Origin: the human T2T-CHM13v2.0 reference genome, Homo sapiens
DNA: 64,000 nt
Direction: 5' to 3' (one strand)
Assembly (NCBI RefSeq): GCF_009914755.1
Contig: NC_060935.1
This document shows, piece after piece, positions 15,305 through 28,600 of this stretch. Within the stretch, counting starts at the first letter, position 1, and each line of letters opens with the position of its first letter. The notes beneath the pieces are model-generated. The model was not told the DNA's origin. It was given only the letters and a program-made list of their open reading frames with translations, and did not search any database. The translations under genes were made by a program, and so were the position numbers.

Positions 15305-15550
15305 TGGTAGCTACCATTTATTGAACGCCTATTGCTTGCCATACTAGAGTACATATTTTCTTTTTTGAGAATTACACTGTCATGAGGTTATTACACAGTA
15401 ATGACGTTATTATTTTTACCATTTAACAGGTGAGAAAAGTAATACTTAGAAAAATTTAGTAACTCGCTGGAATTTGCTGAAATAGTAAATGTCCAAATCA
15501 GGACTTAAACCTAATGTTCTTTGATAGTAATATTTATTAGCTTACCATCA
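15305..15550 (-). mobile_element. MIR SINE (diverged)
   Basis: 'tagctaccattttattgaacgcctatt...ccatttaacaggtgagaaaagt...agtaactcgc'. Confidence 0.6.
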
Positions 15551-16149
15551 ATTTAACCAGATGTATCTATCACAGGAATAGATAATCATTTTTAATGAAG
15601 TTATTAAGTATTCCCACAGTATCCAGAATTGGTTTATATGAACATGCGTGGGATGCTACAGGTTAATAGACATCATTTTTATATGTTAGGAAGAATAGAA
15701 AAATTGTATATATATTTTCAATTTACTCATACTGAAAATGGTTTATTTGGAGGAAATTTTCACACATGTAAATACCTGCAAAGTAAACAGAAGTCATCTG
15801 TCTTGATTTCAAATTAGAAGTCAATAACTATAACTAATGAGGACTGATGGTAAAGACAAAGTCACTGAGTGACAAATAAACACATTGGTGCATTTAAAAT
15901 AAATCATCTGGCAAAATTTTGGTATAATGTAAGTTGCTATATTTTAGCTAATATTTCTATTTTATTTCTATATCTAGATGAAATTTAAGTTTTTTATTTG
16001 TTTATAGATGTAATTATTACTATTACTGGCTGCATTGTCAAGCAAAGCAAACGACAAGCAAAGAAAATTTTTAAGATGTGAAAATGTAAATTAAAGTTAT
16101 ATATGAAATCAACAAACATATTACATTTGCCATAGTCTTCTTATGTGAA

Positions 16150-16440
16150 TTAATGCGGAAACAGAAAATCAAATACTTTATGTTCTCACTAACAAGTGGG
16201 AGCTAGACTATGTGTATGCAATGCGTACACATAGATATAATGACGGAAATAGTAGACGCTGGGACTTCAAAAAGGGGAAGGAAGGACAGTAGACAAGGGT
16301 TGAAAAGCAACCTATTTTGTTGACAGTTTGAGTGATGGGTTCACTAGAAGCCCAAACCACAACAAGTCCCAAAATACCCTTCCTTGTAACAAGCCTGCAC
16401 GTTTACCTATGAATCTAAAATAAAATTTTTAAAAAGAAAA
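16150..16440 (+). mobile_element. L1 3' end (L1PA16/L1PB-like), 5'-truncated
   Basis: 'atgttctcactaacaagtgggagcta', 'gtgatgggttcactagaagcccaaacc', 'gtaacaagcctgcacg...gaatctaaaataaaa'. Confidence 0.8.
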
Positions 16441-17751
16441 GAAAGTGGACTTTTTGTTTAATTAATTTAAAAAAATAAATGAATCACATAGGTAATAGTA
16501 CTTCCAACATATTTTAAAACAGATATTTGTGTATCGTCAAGTTCCCGTACCAACTGACTTTTTGGATAAAATGATTTACCTTCTTCTGTAGTAAACAAAA
16601 ATTGCTGTCCTTGGTTTTTTGGTTTTGTTTTTAATTTTGTCAGTGTTTTTTTTTCTTGCAGTTATTTTGATATCTGAAAATAATTATGAGTAAGAATTGC
16701 TCCTTATTGGACTTTAATGTACTAATGAAAATAATTTTCAATAACTTTTAAAATGCATGTCACCTTAGACATCCTGTATAATTCAGTATGATACTATGTG
16801 ATAGAGAAGAAATATGTTCGAAATATGGCAAGATAAAGCCATTTTAGTAGGTAGCATACATAACAATTATGAAAGCACAATAACAAAATATTACAGAGGA
16901 AGTAGATTGAGTTCTGCTTCTGGAAAGGTAAACATGCTAAGAAACAACTAGAAAAATCAGGCTAAATACAAAAATTGTCTTTGAAGTCATTATAGAACTA
17001 CGAACTACCATTAGACAGTCATGAGATTATGTGGTACTGAAATCTGGACAGAAGAAAAGGCAGGGAATAGAGAACAGATTTAGCAGTGCTTCTGTCTCCA
17101 AGGGAATTGTCAATTCTGAAAGTTGCATTGAAAAGTTGAAAAGCTAAATAGAGCTTTTGTCAGTCTTAGAGGGCTGAGGGGACACTGAAGTTCAAAACCC
17201 ATGAAAAAGGAAAGGCCATTCTACAGCCCCCAGGATGTTGGATGATATCTTTGGGAGGCTGCACCTCTGAATTAAGAATAAATTGGAAATAAACAAATCC
17301 TCACGTAAACTGAAGCCCAGGTTCAGATCATGTCAACCCCTAGTAGATTAAGCTAACTTGCTCCCACTGTAGTTGCCTTCCAGAGAAAAAGAAAATACTC
17401 TCTGGAGGACAATAACATCACAAAAAGTCTCCAGTTATGGATGTAATTTTTTTGTCTGAGTGCCACTCAGTAAAAAATAACCCGGAAGCAAGCACACAAA
17501 CAAACAAACAAACAAAAAAAGATAAAAATTAAAAGGTTTTTTTTAAAAAAACAAATAATATTCAGAGAATCAATTTAGCTCTAGATGATAGAGTTGTAAG
17601 ACCTGGATGTTAAAATATCTATGACCAATTTATCCAATTAAGTTTAAAAATGGAGAATTTCTGTAAAAAACTGAAAATTAACAGAAAGATTCTTAAAGGA
17701 ATCCCACACTACATAATATAGTAACTGAATTTAAGAAGTCAGAAGCATATT

Positions 17752-18133
<382 letters not shown>

Positions 18134-19211
18134 TTAACATACAGAAATATGGATGAAAATATAGAAACATAAAACATGGTAAAAATGTTTAAGATATTAA
18201 ATTGGAATGTCGAAAATGGAGCAGAGAGAGACTGGTAACTAACCAATATTTGAAGAGACAAGAAAGACATAAAAAACATAGATCCCAGGAAAATTGCAAT
18301 CCAGAACTACTTCCAGATGCCTTATATTACAGTACTGTAAATCAAACACCAGTGACAATCTCAAAAGTAGCAAAAAAACTAAACAAAACAAAAACACACA
18401 CTCACACGGAACACATTACCTTTAATGAAGCAGCAACAGGACTGTTAAATGATTTTCTCACTGAAAGTAGATGGATCATTTTCAAGGTGCTACAAGAAAA
18501 TATTTGCCAATTTAAAAGTTTGGTAAATATAAAGTCTAGTAAATACAGCATGAATTAAATAAAATAATGAAATAAAATAGTAATTTAAATAAAATAATTA
18601 AATAAAATAAATAGTAAATTAAATATAATGCCTTACTTTCAGATATACGTTTGATAGATCTAGTAAATCATCCAGTAAATATAAATGTCTGGTAAAATAT
18701 CTAGCAAACTGAAAATAAGGCATTTTCAAAATAAAAACAAAATCATTAGGGAAATTGGTTATCAAACACATGTTAATGGAGACACTAAAGAGTTTATTCT
18801 GTCATAAGTAATATTTTTCTTATCAGAAGAAAGCTTGTTTATTCAGAAAGGAAGAAAGAGCAAGGAAATTAGTATGTGGTTAAAGATAAGTGAATTTGAC
18901 CCAATAATAATAATAGTGTGTAGTTGATATGTGTGTGTATATTTTACATATATATAGAGAGACAACAATACAAGTTAATTTACAAATAAAATCTATTAAT
19001 GCAAAAAAATAAAACAATAAATTTAAAACAGAAAATTCAAAAATAATTAAAAGCACAATAAATCAAGAAAAACGAGGGAATAAAAAAAAATTCCCTAGAG
19101 ACTTATGGGGCCAAATAAAGATTAGACAGTAAAATGACAAACTTAAACCATTAAGTGCACTAAATATAAACTAAAATTAAATGTGGATTGACTACATTTT
19201 AAATGATATCA

Positions 19212-19519
19212 GGCCGTGTGTGCTGGCTCATGCCTGTAATCCCAGCACTTTGGAAGGCCGAGGAGGGTGGATCACCTGAGGTCAGGAGTTGGAGACCAGC
19301 CTGGCCAACATGGTGAAACCCTGTCTCTACTAAAAATACAAAAATTAGCTGGGCATGATGGCACGCGCCTCTAATCCCAGCTACTCGGGAGGCTGAGGCA
19401 AGAGAATCGCTTGGACTTGGGAGCCAGAAGTTGCAGTAAGCCGAGACAGCGGCCACTGCACTCCAGCCTGGGCGACAGAGTGAGACTCTGTTTCAAAAAT
19501 AAATAAATAAAATAAAATA
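19212..19519 (+). mobile_element. AluSx-like
   Basis: Full dimer with (AAAT)n tail; TSD AAATGATATCAG. Confidence 0.93.
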
Positions 19520-19549
19520 AAATGATATCAGCCATAACCTGCATACAGG

Positions 19550-21000
19550 CTTTTATTTAAGTTTTGTCTGTTTTACTTAGTAAATCTAGCTAAAGTTTTG
19601 TGAATGTTATTGATCCTTTCAATGAATCAACTCTAGTTTCACTGATTTTTCTCTGTAATTTTTCTATTTTTATTTCATTTGCTTCTACTTTAATCACTTT
19701 TTTTCTTTCCTCTGTTTGCTTTGAGTTAAATTTGCTCTTTCCTGTTAAGATTCTTAAGATAATGTGTTAGTTTATTGAGTCTAGGTCATTTTTTTTTGTG
19801 ATTGAGGCATTTACAGCTGTATCACAGTTATAAATGTAACTGTAGACTTTTTTTTTCAAAATTTGAATGTGTTTTCTCCCTCCTTCTTACCTCCATAACA
19901 GCTATATCACAGTTATAAATTCAACTGTTTACTTTTGTTTTCAAATTTTGAATATGTTTTCTCCCTGCCTCTTACCTCCATGGGTCCTGATGAGAAATGA
20001 ACTGCTCATCTAGTTGAGGACCACTTGTACATAACAGCTTACTTTTCTCTTGCTTCATTCAATATCCTTTTTCTTTAATATTTGTCTTTTGAATGTTTGA
20101 CTCTAATGTGTCTAGGTGCAGATTTCATTTAGTTTGTCATAGTTAGAGAATGCTAAGCTTCTTGGATGTACAGATTAATACTTTTCATCAAACTTGGGAA
20201 GTTTTCAACTAGTTTTTATACAATATCATTTCCATCCCTCTTTCTTTCGTCTCCTTTTGAGATTCCCATTACGTACATACATGATGGTATGCTTGATGGT
20301 GCCCCCAGAGGTCTCTGAGATTCTAATTTCTTCATTTAAAAAAATTTTTTCTGTTCCTGAGATGAATAATTTCAACTGACCTATATTAAAATTTGCTGAT
20401 TTATTTTCCTCCCAGTTCATATCTGCTGTTGAATCTCTTTAATATATTTTTCATTAAACTTGTACTTTTCAACTTCAACATTTTTACTTGGCTCCTTATT
20501 AAAATTTCTATCTCGTTGTTTTCATTTGGTGGGAATTTGTATGCATTCCCTTAATTCTTTTAATGGTTTCCTTTGGTCCTTCGAATATAATTATAAGAGC
20601 TAATATGAAGTCTTTGTCTAGTGAGTCCAATTAATACCTCAGCTTCTCAGTAACAGTTTCTATTGACTGTTTTTTGGTTGTCGTTGTTGTTTTTCTTATG
20701 TATGAAATACACATTCTTCATTCTTTGTGTGTCTCAAATTTTTTTAATCTTTGATATTGTAAATAACATGATGTGTAAATTTTGGAAATACTATCTCCCC
20801 TCTCATCTCGGAGTTTCTTGATCGTGAAGATATTTGTTTATTTAATGACTTTACTGGACCAATTAGTAATATCCATCTTCTTTGTAGTGTGAGGTCATCG
20901 AAGTCTTTATTTGGTTTCTTTGTAGTAAGCTAATAATTGAATAGAAATTTCCCTAAATTGATAAACTAATAAGTGTTTTTGCCTTTGCTGAAATGTTTGA
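19550..21000 (-). mobile_element. Old L1M (ORF1 / ORF2-EN remnant)
   Basis: 'tctagctaaagttttgtgaatgttattgatcctttcaatgaatcaact', 'cttttcatcaaacttgggaagttttca'. Confidence 0.7.
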
Positions 21001-21449
21001 TGTATGTGTTTGAATTCACCTTCAATTATCCACAAGAAGTATGTGATTATGCCAAATATAATTTTTTAAATGCTTATACATTTCTATTAAAAAGACCTAC
21101 AAAAATTCCTTTAAAAAATAGTAGAGACTTAACTAGAAATTTTATAAAATTGAAATGCAAGCAAAACACCATTATAATATTCTAGTATACCCATATGACA
21201 TTGACTAAGTTAATTAGACTGATGATTTATTTTCTGATATCTACATATTTCTCTATTTCTACTTGGTTCCACTTTTCACCTGGAATTGGTTATTTTCCTT
21301 GATTTCCATCTGTGTCTGCCTTAGCAAAGCTCACTCTGATATTATGACATAAATCCATGATGATTCCATGATTGTTTTATTAAAGATCTCCCAAAGTAAA
21401 ATTGGGTCTTGGAATAACCTCTATTATGACTGCTGTGGTTGAAGCTACA

Positions 21450-22745
21450 GAAATTTCAGTACCAATATAGGCATTAGTAGGATTCATGGAAGCCCTTATT
21501 GTAGAAATGTTGTGGTTGGTGGTAACAACCACTGACACACAGCGGCATCATAATCACAATAAATTTCAGCTTTAATTGGTTTACAGGAGATGCAGTTGGA
21601 AAGAAAGCATTGGGCAATCAAGTGGCTACTGCACCAAATTAGTATGAAAACAATGATTGTTATGAGGATTTTGCTACTAGATAGCCACTTTTAATGGCTT
21701 TCAAGACAAAATTCTGGGGGGAAAAAGGATGTGAGGCTCAGACCTGGACTTAGGTATGGAGAAGCTAACCTGATAATCTTGGAATTCAAATTTTTGTGAG
21801 GCATTCTGACTGTGAGAGATAACACTTTTTTCTTTGCCAGAAGGAAAGAACAAACCTCGCTTTGTCAGTAGACCATAGAATACTTCATTGATTAGGTAAA
21901 GAATATTCCTAACCTTATCCCAAGGCCCTCTATGAGATAACGGTGTTCTAAGCTGACAATAATTACATTATGATTAATATGGTTTGGCTCTGTGTCCCCA
22001 CCCAAATCTCATCTTGAATTTTATTACCAATAATCCCCATGTATCTAGGGAGAGAACTGGTGGGAGGTGATTGGATCATGGGAGCAGTTTCCCCCATGCT
22101 ATTCTTGTGGTAGTGAGTGAGTTCTCATGAGATCTGATGGTTTTATAATGGGCTGTTACCCCTTCACTCCTCACCTTTCTCTCTCACCTGCTGCCCTGTA
22201 AGATGTGCCTCTTCTCCTTCTGCCATGATTGTAAGTTTCCTGAGGCTTCCTCCGCCATGTGGAACTGTGAGCCAATTAAACGTTTTTTCCTTAAAAATTA
22301 CTCAGTCTCAGGTATGTCTTTATAGCAGTGCGAAAACAGACTAATACAATAATCTTCAGAGTGAGACTTAACAGAGATTGGGTGAAAAAAAAAAAAAAGG
22401 TTTGGACTTAAGCCCAGTGAGTCATGGGTAATTCTGGTTGTGTTCTTGGCCTTTAATTTTAGAACTGGCATAGATATAAGTGGACATTGATAGACCCTCA
22501 TATTGGTTCTGTATCTTTGGAGTAACTTTGAAGTAACTTCTATCTTTGGAGTTCTCTATCTTTGGAGTAACTTCTCTATCTTTGAACTGTCTTGTTCAAC
22601 ATTTTAACTCAAAAGGAATATTACATTTAAGGTGAATTGCAACATCAGAATCATCATCAAACATACAGGTGTAGTAGTCTTATAATATCCATGTTTAGTT
22701 CACCTGTCTGCTATCCCCAGAAATCCAATGGATTTTGGTTGCTGA
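21450..22745 (+). mobile_element. ERVL-class (HERV16/ERVL-like) internal remnant including a pol RT fragment
   Basis: 22688-22738 translates SMFSSPVCYPQKSNGFW (compare ERVL RT 'SPFNSPVWPVQKxDGSW'); 22493-22510 translates DPHIGS (compare 'NPHIGSL'); gag-like text near 21600. Confidence 0.65.
21975..22348 (+). mobile_element. MSTA-like MaLR solo LTR
   Basis: 'taatatggtttggctctgtgtccccacccaaatctcatc...gaaaacagactaataca'; TSD ATGAT/ATAAT. Confidence 0.88.
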
Positions 22746-23879
22746 ACTGTCTGAGAGAATAAAGGTAATACAATTTTTTAAATCTTAAAGTCCCTTTTAG
22801 TGCACTTCCGTAAACTTATCCAGTATGTGGTCACCATGGCATTTGCTATGGTATAATAATGAAGAAGCTGAAGATTCACTCAGCAAAACTGAATCTGCTA
22901 TCTCAAAACATAATATTGATCAAGATAAATGAAACATTATAGACATATAGTATTCAATTTACACAAAGTTCTAAAATAGGCAAAATTATTTAGTGATGTT
23001 AGTAGGATAATCATTACTGATGAGAACCAAGGAAGTTGAAATTGAGAGAGTACACAGAGGTGCTTCTAAGTTTCTATTAATATGTTTTTGCCTGGGTGGT
23101 AGATTAATGGGTATGCTTATCTTTTTAAAATTAATACATTGCCATAATATACTCTTATAATATGCGTGAATTTATTAATGAATGTTTTACTGCTACTAGA
23201 AACATGTTTATTAAAATGTACCTTAAGGATAAAAAATTAGATTAATTCTGTTACAGTCCAGAATTAAAAGATAAACCATTACTAATTTTCTTGTTTCATT
23301 TATTGATAATAAATCAAATTTAAGAATTTTACTACACTTTCAATTTTTTGCCTTTTGTAAATTTATTTATAAAGTAATCTTAAATTTAATGCTGAACAGG
23401 AAACAAAAGTTTCAAAATACTGAGCAGCCTTTCAGAAGAGAAATGGAAAGCCAGTAAGGAGGCTAGGGGCTTGGTAACAAATGAGAGTTTTTGTTTTCCC
23501 ATTTTAGTTGGAAATATATCTGAGGTGAAAATAATTAATTTGCCTTAAGGATGAATTAAATTTCTTTTAGTCAAAATACACTTTTTTTTGGTTAATTCAT
23601 AGGCCTCCTGCATATAAAACTATTTTGTAGATGGACTTGACCTTGCAAATTACTGTTTACACTCAGGAATTGACATCCCACACAATTTATTTTTTCCCTA
23701 GAGAGATTGATTACATTGGTGTGTATTTTTTAGATAATAAAGAGTACAGCAAGTCTGTCACATAGGAAGATATTGTGTATGATATAAGTTATTGCCCAAT
23801 GGCAGATTTTTAAGGGATAAGAAGCAAATTAAGGGTGCTGGTGAAAGCATTTGTATTTACACAAAAGTATAACATGCAA

Positions 23880-24060
23880 GGCAGCTTTCATATATGCTTT
23901 TCTGTAATCTTCACAATAACTTCATGAGATGGGTTTAATCATTTACAGTTTGCAAAAGTGGAATTTGACTTAGAAATTCTACTACTTGATGTGACAGATT
24001 GAAACAAAATTTGAATCTAAATGGGTCCCTTGGTAAAACATATATTCCTTCTATTATATA
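23880..24060 (-). mobile_element. MIR fragment
   Basis: 'taatcttcacaataacttcatgagatggg...atttacagttg...atttgaatcta'. Confidence 0.5.
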
Positions 24061-24196
24061 CAGCAACAACTCCTTCAAACAAAAACATGGAAATTATATT
24101 CTGTAGCCAGAGCATGAAATGTTCTGTAAACACACATTCCTTCTATTATACATAGCAACAACTCCTTCAAACAAAAACATGGAAATCAAGAGTTTC

Positions 24197-24422
24197 TTTT
24201 TAATAGACTTTTATTTATTAGAGCAGTTTTAGATTCACATCAAAATTGAGTGGAAGGTACAGAGATGTCCTATATAACCTCTTCCCTGAAACATGCTTAG
24301 CCTCCCCCATTATCAATGTCCCTTACCAGATGAGTGCATTTGTTATCATTGAGGAACCTACACTGACACATCATTATCACCCAAAGTCCATAATTTGCAT
24401 TAGGATTTTCACTTTTGGTGTT
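24197..24422 (-). mobile_element. L1MC-type 3' end (host element continues at about 28050-28600)
   Basis: 'tagagcagttttagattcacatcaaaattgagtggaaggtacagaga...catcattatcacccaaagtccata'. Confidence 0.8.
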
Positions 24423-27400
24423 AATTGGTCTGGCTAAAGGTTTGTCATTTTGTTTATATTTTTAAAATACCAAATTTCCATTTTGTTGATATTTTATATT
24501 GTTTTTCTCATTTCAATTTCATTTATTTCTGCTCTGATCTTTAATATTTATTTTCTTCTACTAATTTTGGGTTTGGTTTGCTCTCTTTTCTAGTGCTTTA
24601 AGTTCAATCATTTAAGGTTGTTTAGTTGAAGGTTTTCTACTGTTTTGATGTAGGCACTTATTGAAATAAACTTTCCCCTTAGTACTGCTTTTGTGTATTT
24701 CATAGGTTTTGGAATGTTTTGTTTCCATTTTCATTTGTTTCAAGAAATCTCTTAATTTTCTTCTTAATTTCTTCATTGACTCTCTGGTCACTCAGGAGCA
24801 TTTTAATTCATTTTCATGTGTCTGTATAGTTACCTAAATTTCTATTGTTATTGATTTCTAGATTTATTCCATTGTGTTTAAAGAAGATAGTTGATTTTAT
24901 TTCAATTTTTGAAATGTTAAAGACTTGTTTTGTGGCATAACATATACTCAATCCTTGGGAATGGCCCATGGGCTGAGAAGAATGTATATTCTATAGCCAG
25001 TGCATGAAATGTTCTGTAAATATCTATTAGGTTTATTTGTTCTTTAGTGTAGGTTAAGTACAATGTGTCTTTTTGATAGTGTCTAGATGATCTGTCCAAT
25101 GCTGAAAGTGTGGTGTTGAATTCTCCAGCTATTTTTATATTGACTTTTGTCTTTCTCTTTTGCTCTAATAATATTTGCTTTATATATCTAGGTGCTCCAG
25201 TGTTGGGTGCATATATAGTTATACTTTTTATACCCTCTTACTGAACTGACTGCTTTTTCCTTATATAATGACATTCTTTCTGTCTTTTTAATAGTTTTTG
25301 TCTTGAAATCTATATTGTCTGATATGTTTAGCTATTCTGGCTCCTTTTTGGTTTCCATTGGCATGAAATATCTTTTTCTGTCGCTTTATTTTCACTCTAT
25401 ATGTATCTTGATAGAGAAAGTGTGTTTCCTGTAGGCAACAGGACATTGGGGCTTGTTTCATTTTTTTAATCTATTTAGCAACTCTATGTCTTTTCATTGG
25501 AGAGTGTAGTCAACTAACATTCAATGCCATTATTGATAAGTAAGGACTTAGTCTGCTCCAGACATATTGGAATGCCTTTGCATGTTATTTGTTTATTTTC
25601 CCTTGCTGCTTTTAGGATATTATATTTATTCTTGACCTTTGGCAGTATGATTATTAAATACCTGGAAGTAGTCTTATTTGGGTTAAGTCCCCTTGGTGTT
25701 CTGTAACCTTCTTGTACTTGAATATTGATATGTGTCTCTAGGTTTGGGAAGTTCTCCATTGTTACCACTTTGAATAAATTTTCTTCCCCAATCTCTCTAT
25801 GTCCTTTTTATGGCCAAAACTCTTAGATTTCCCCTTTTGAGGTATTTCCTAGATCTTCTAGGCATGCTTTATTATTCTTTATCATTTTTTCTTTTGTCTT
25901 CTTTGACTGTATTTTCAGATAGCCTGTCTTCAAACTAAGTATTTCTTCTGCTTAGTTAATTCTGCAGTTAAGAGACTCTGATGCATTCTTCAGTATGTCC
26001 TTTGCATTGCTCTACTCAATAAGTTCTGCTTGATTATTTTGAATTATTTCAATCTCTTTGCTAAACGTATTTAATAGGATTCTGAATTCCTTCTCTGAGT
26101 TATCTTGAATTTCATTTCACTTCCTCAGAAAAGCTATTTTGAATTATCTGTGTGAAAGCTCACATGTCACTGTAGCCATATCAGCTTTGGGGAACACCCA
26201 AAGCCCAGTGATGTCGTGGCTCTTGCAGACTCAGAAATATTACCTTGGTGGTCTTGTGTATAATCTGGAAGAATTATCTGAATTACCAGGCAAAGACTCT
26301 TGTTCTGCTCCTTTACTTTTCTGCAAGCAAACAGAGTATCTCTGTCTTTGCTGAGCTGCCTAGAGCTGGGGGAAGGGTAATAAAAGCACCCGGGTGGCCA
26401 CCACCATTAAAACTATGCTGAGTCAGACACAAAGCCAGTACAGCACTGGGTCTTGCCAAAGGTCTGCAGTGACCACTACCTTGCTATTACCTGTTTATTC
26501 AAGGCCCTTACAATCAGTAGGTGACACATGGAGCCATGCTCGTGTCCTTTCCTTCAGGATGGCAAGTTTCTTCAGCCCTGGGTAGGTCCAGAGTTGCCTC
26601 CCAGGAGCCAGGGCGTGAAGTTGAAAACCTATGAAATCTAACTGGTGCTCTCTTCTGCTGCAGCTGAGCTGGCACCCAAGCCATGAAACAAAGTCTTTCC
26701 TATTCTTCTCTCCCCTTTCCTCAAGAAGGTGATTCTCTTTATATGGCCACTATTACCCCAGGTCCACATCTACGTCTTTGCTGCTGATGTTCACTCAACA
26801 TCCAGGGGCCCTTCAGTCAGCTTATGGTGAATGCTGTCCATCCTGAGTCTCTCCCTGAAGGGAAGTAGGCTCCCTTCTGGCCTAGGGAAGGTCCAGAAAT
26901 GCCATCCAGGAGCCAAGGCCTGATATGAGGGACCCTGGGAACCCACTTGATATTCTACCCCACTGTGGCCAAGCTGGTACCCGAGCTGGAGACAATGCCC
27001 CTTTACTTTTCCCTCTCCTTTCGTCAAACAGAAGAGGAGGTCTCTCCCTGTAACCATCTCAGGCGGGAATGTGCTGAGTCACATCTGATGCCAGCATAGC
27101 TCTGAGTCCCACCCAAGGCCTGTAGTGGGTACTGCTTGGCTACCACTACTGATTATACAAGACAAGGGCTCCTAAGTCAGCAGGTGATAACTTCTGCCAG
27201 GACTGGGTGCTTCCCTTCAAGGCAGTGGCTTCCCTTCTGGCCCACAGTGTCTCTAGAAATGTGGTCTGGGTGCTAGGGCCTGGAATGGGGACCTCAGAGC
27301 TCTACCTGCTACTTCCTTCTACTGTGGCTGAACTGGTATCAAAGCTGCAAGACAAAGTTCTCCTTACTTGCCCCTCTCCTCTCGTCAAGCAGAAGAAATG

Positions 27401-28048
27401 AGTGTCTCCTCGTGCTGGGAGCTGCGGTGCTGGGGTTAAGGGAGGGGTGATGCAATCACTCAAATTGGCTGTTCCAGCTGGTACCTTACTAGGTCACATG
27501 CACCCCAAGTCCACTGGCTTCAAGCCCAGCACAGAGCCCGGGGATTGCAGTCCTTGTGGTGTATACTGCCTTTCAAGTTTATTTAGTACTCCAGAGTACA
27601 TTAGCCCACAGTTGTGGGGCTTGCCAGAACTCAAGTTTTGACTGCCAGGATGGGCAATTCCTTTACGGCTAGGGCTGATCCAAATGCTCCTTCCATAGTC
27701 CCTGGCTGAGCTCCTCTCTGTTTTACTTTCTGTTTTGACAGGGCAGCACTGAGTTCCAGTGCAATATCCTACAATCATTGTGCTTTCCTTCTCCCAAGCT
27801 CGCAGATTTTCTTTCAGTGCCACAGTGAAAGGAATAGAGAATGGGTGGTGCAGATGATTCAAGACTGTCTTTCCTATCCTCTTCAGTGCGTCTTTTTTGA
27901 ATATAATGTTAAAACCAGGTACTGTGATCTCACCTGATTTTTGGTTCTTATAAAGGTGATATTTTTTGTGAATAGTTGTGCAATTTGGTGTTCCTGCAGA
28001 GGGGGGTGATTACTGGTGACTTCTATTTTGCCATCTTGCTCTGCCTCC
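24423..28048 (-). mobile_element. L1M1/L1M2-type 5' half: 5'UTR with tandem monomers, ORF1 and ORF2 endonuclease remnants
   Basis: ORF 24917-25099 (MDRSSR...DIYRTFH..EYTFFSAHGPFPRIEYMLCHKTSL) is L1 EN; ORF 25514-25768 (ENFPNL..NIQVQEGYRTP) is ORF1; the 5' end is 'gccatcttgctctgcctcc'. Confidence 0.88.
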
Positions 28049-28049
28049 A

Positions 28050-28600
28050 AACAAAAATTTTAATTTTAATGATGTCCAGTTTATCAACGCTTTCTTTCAT
28101 GGATTGTGCCTTTGGTGTTGTATCTAAAGCATTATCACCAAACCCAAGGTAACCTAGATTTTCTCTTATGTTATCTTACAGGAGTTTAATAGTGTTTTTG
28201 TTTTACACTTAGGTCTGTAATCTATTTTGAGTTATCTATTTTGAGTTAGTTTTTGTGAAGGGTGTAACAATAGTGTCTAGATTCATTTTATTTTTGTGTA
28301 TTAATATCCATTGTTTCAGCACCATTTGTTGATAAGACATCCATTATGTTGCCTTTCCTCCTTTGCCAAAGATTAGTTGACTGTATTTATGCAAATCTAT
28401 TTCTGTTCTATTAACCTATTTGTCTTTTTTCTTTTTTCAAACAACACACTCTCTTTTACAATAAGTCTTGGAGTTGTGCAGTATCAATTATCTAACTTTG
28501 TTATTCGCCTTGAATATTTTTTGGTTATTCTGGGTTTTTTTTCTGCTCCAAAGAGAATTTACAATTGGTTTGTTCATATCCAAAATAACTTGCTGAGGAA
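28050..28600 (-). mobile_element. L1M ORF2 remnant
   Basis: 'tttctttcatggattgtgcctttggtgttgtatctaa', 'tttcagcaccatttgttga'. Confidence 0.75.

Noticed and set aside
15731-15795. Possible minus-strand mini-exon (tttactttgcag|GTATTTAC...TTTTCA|gtatga)
   Set aside because: Weak donor and unrecognised peptide; such matches are expected by chance in 64 kb.
28221-28248. Short tandem duplications (TCTATTTTGAGTTA x2; also 7081-7126)
   Set aside because: Ordinary slippage-type duplications with no templated spacer.
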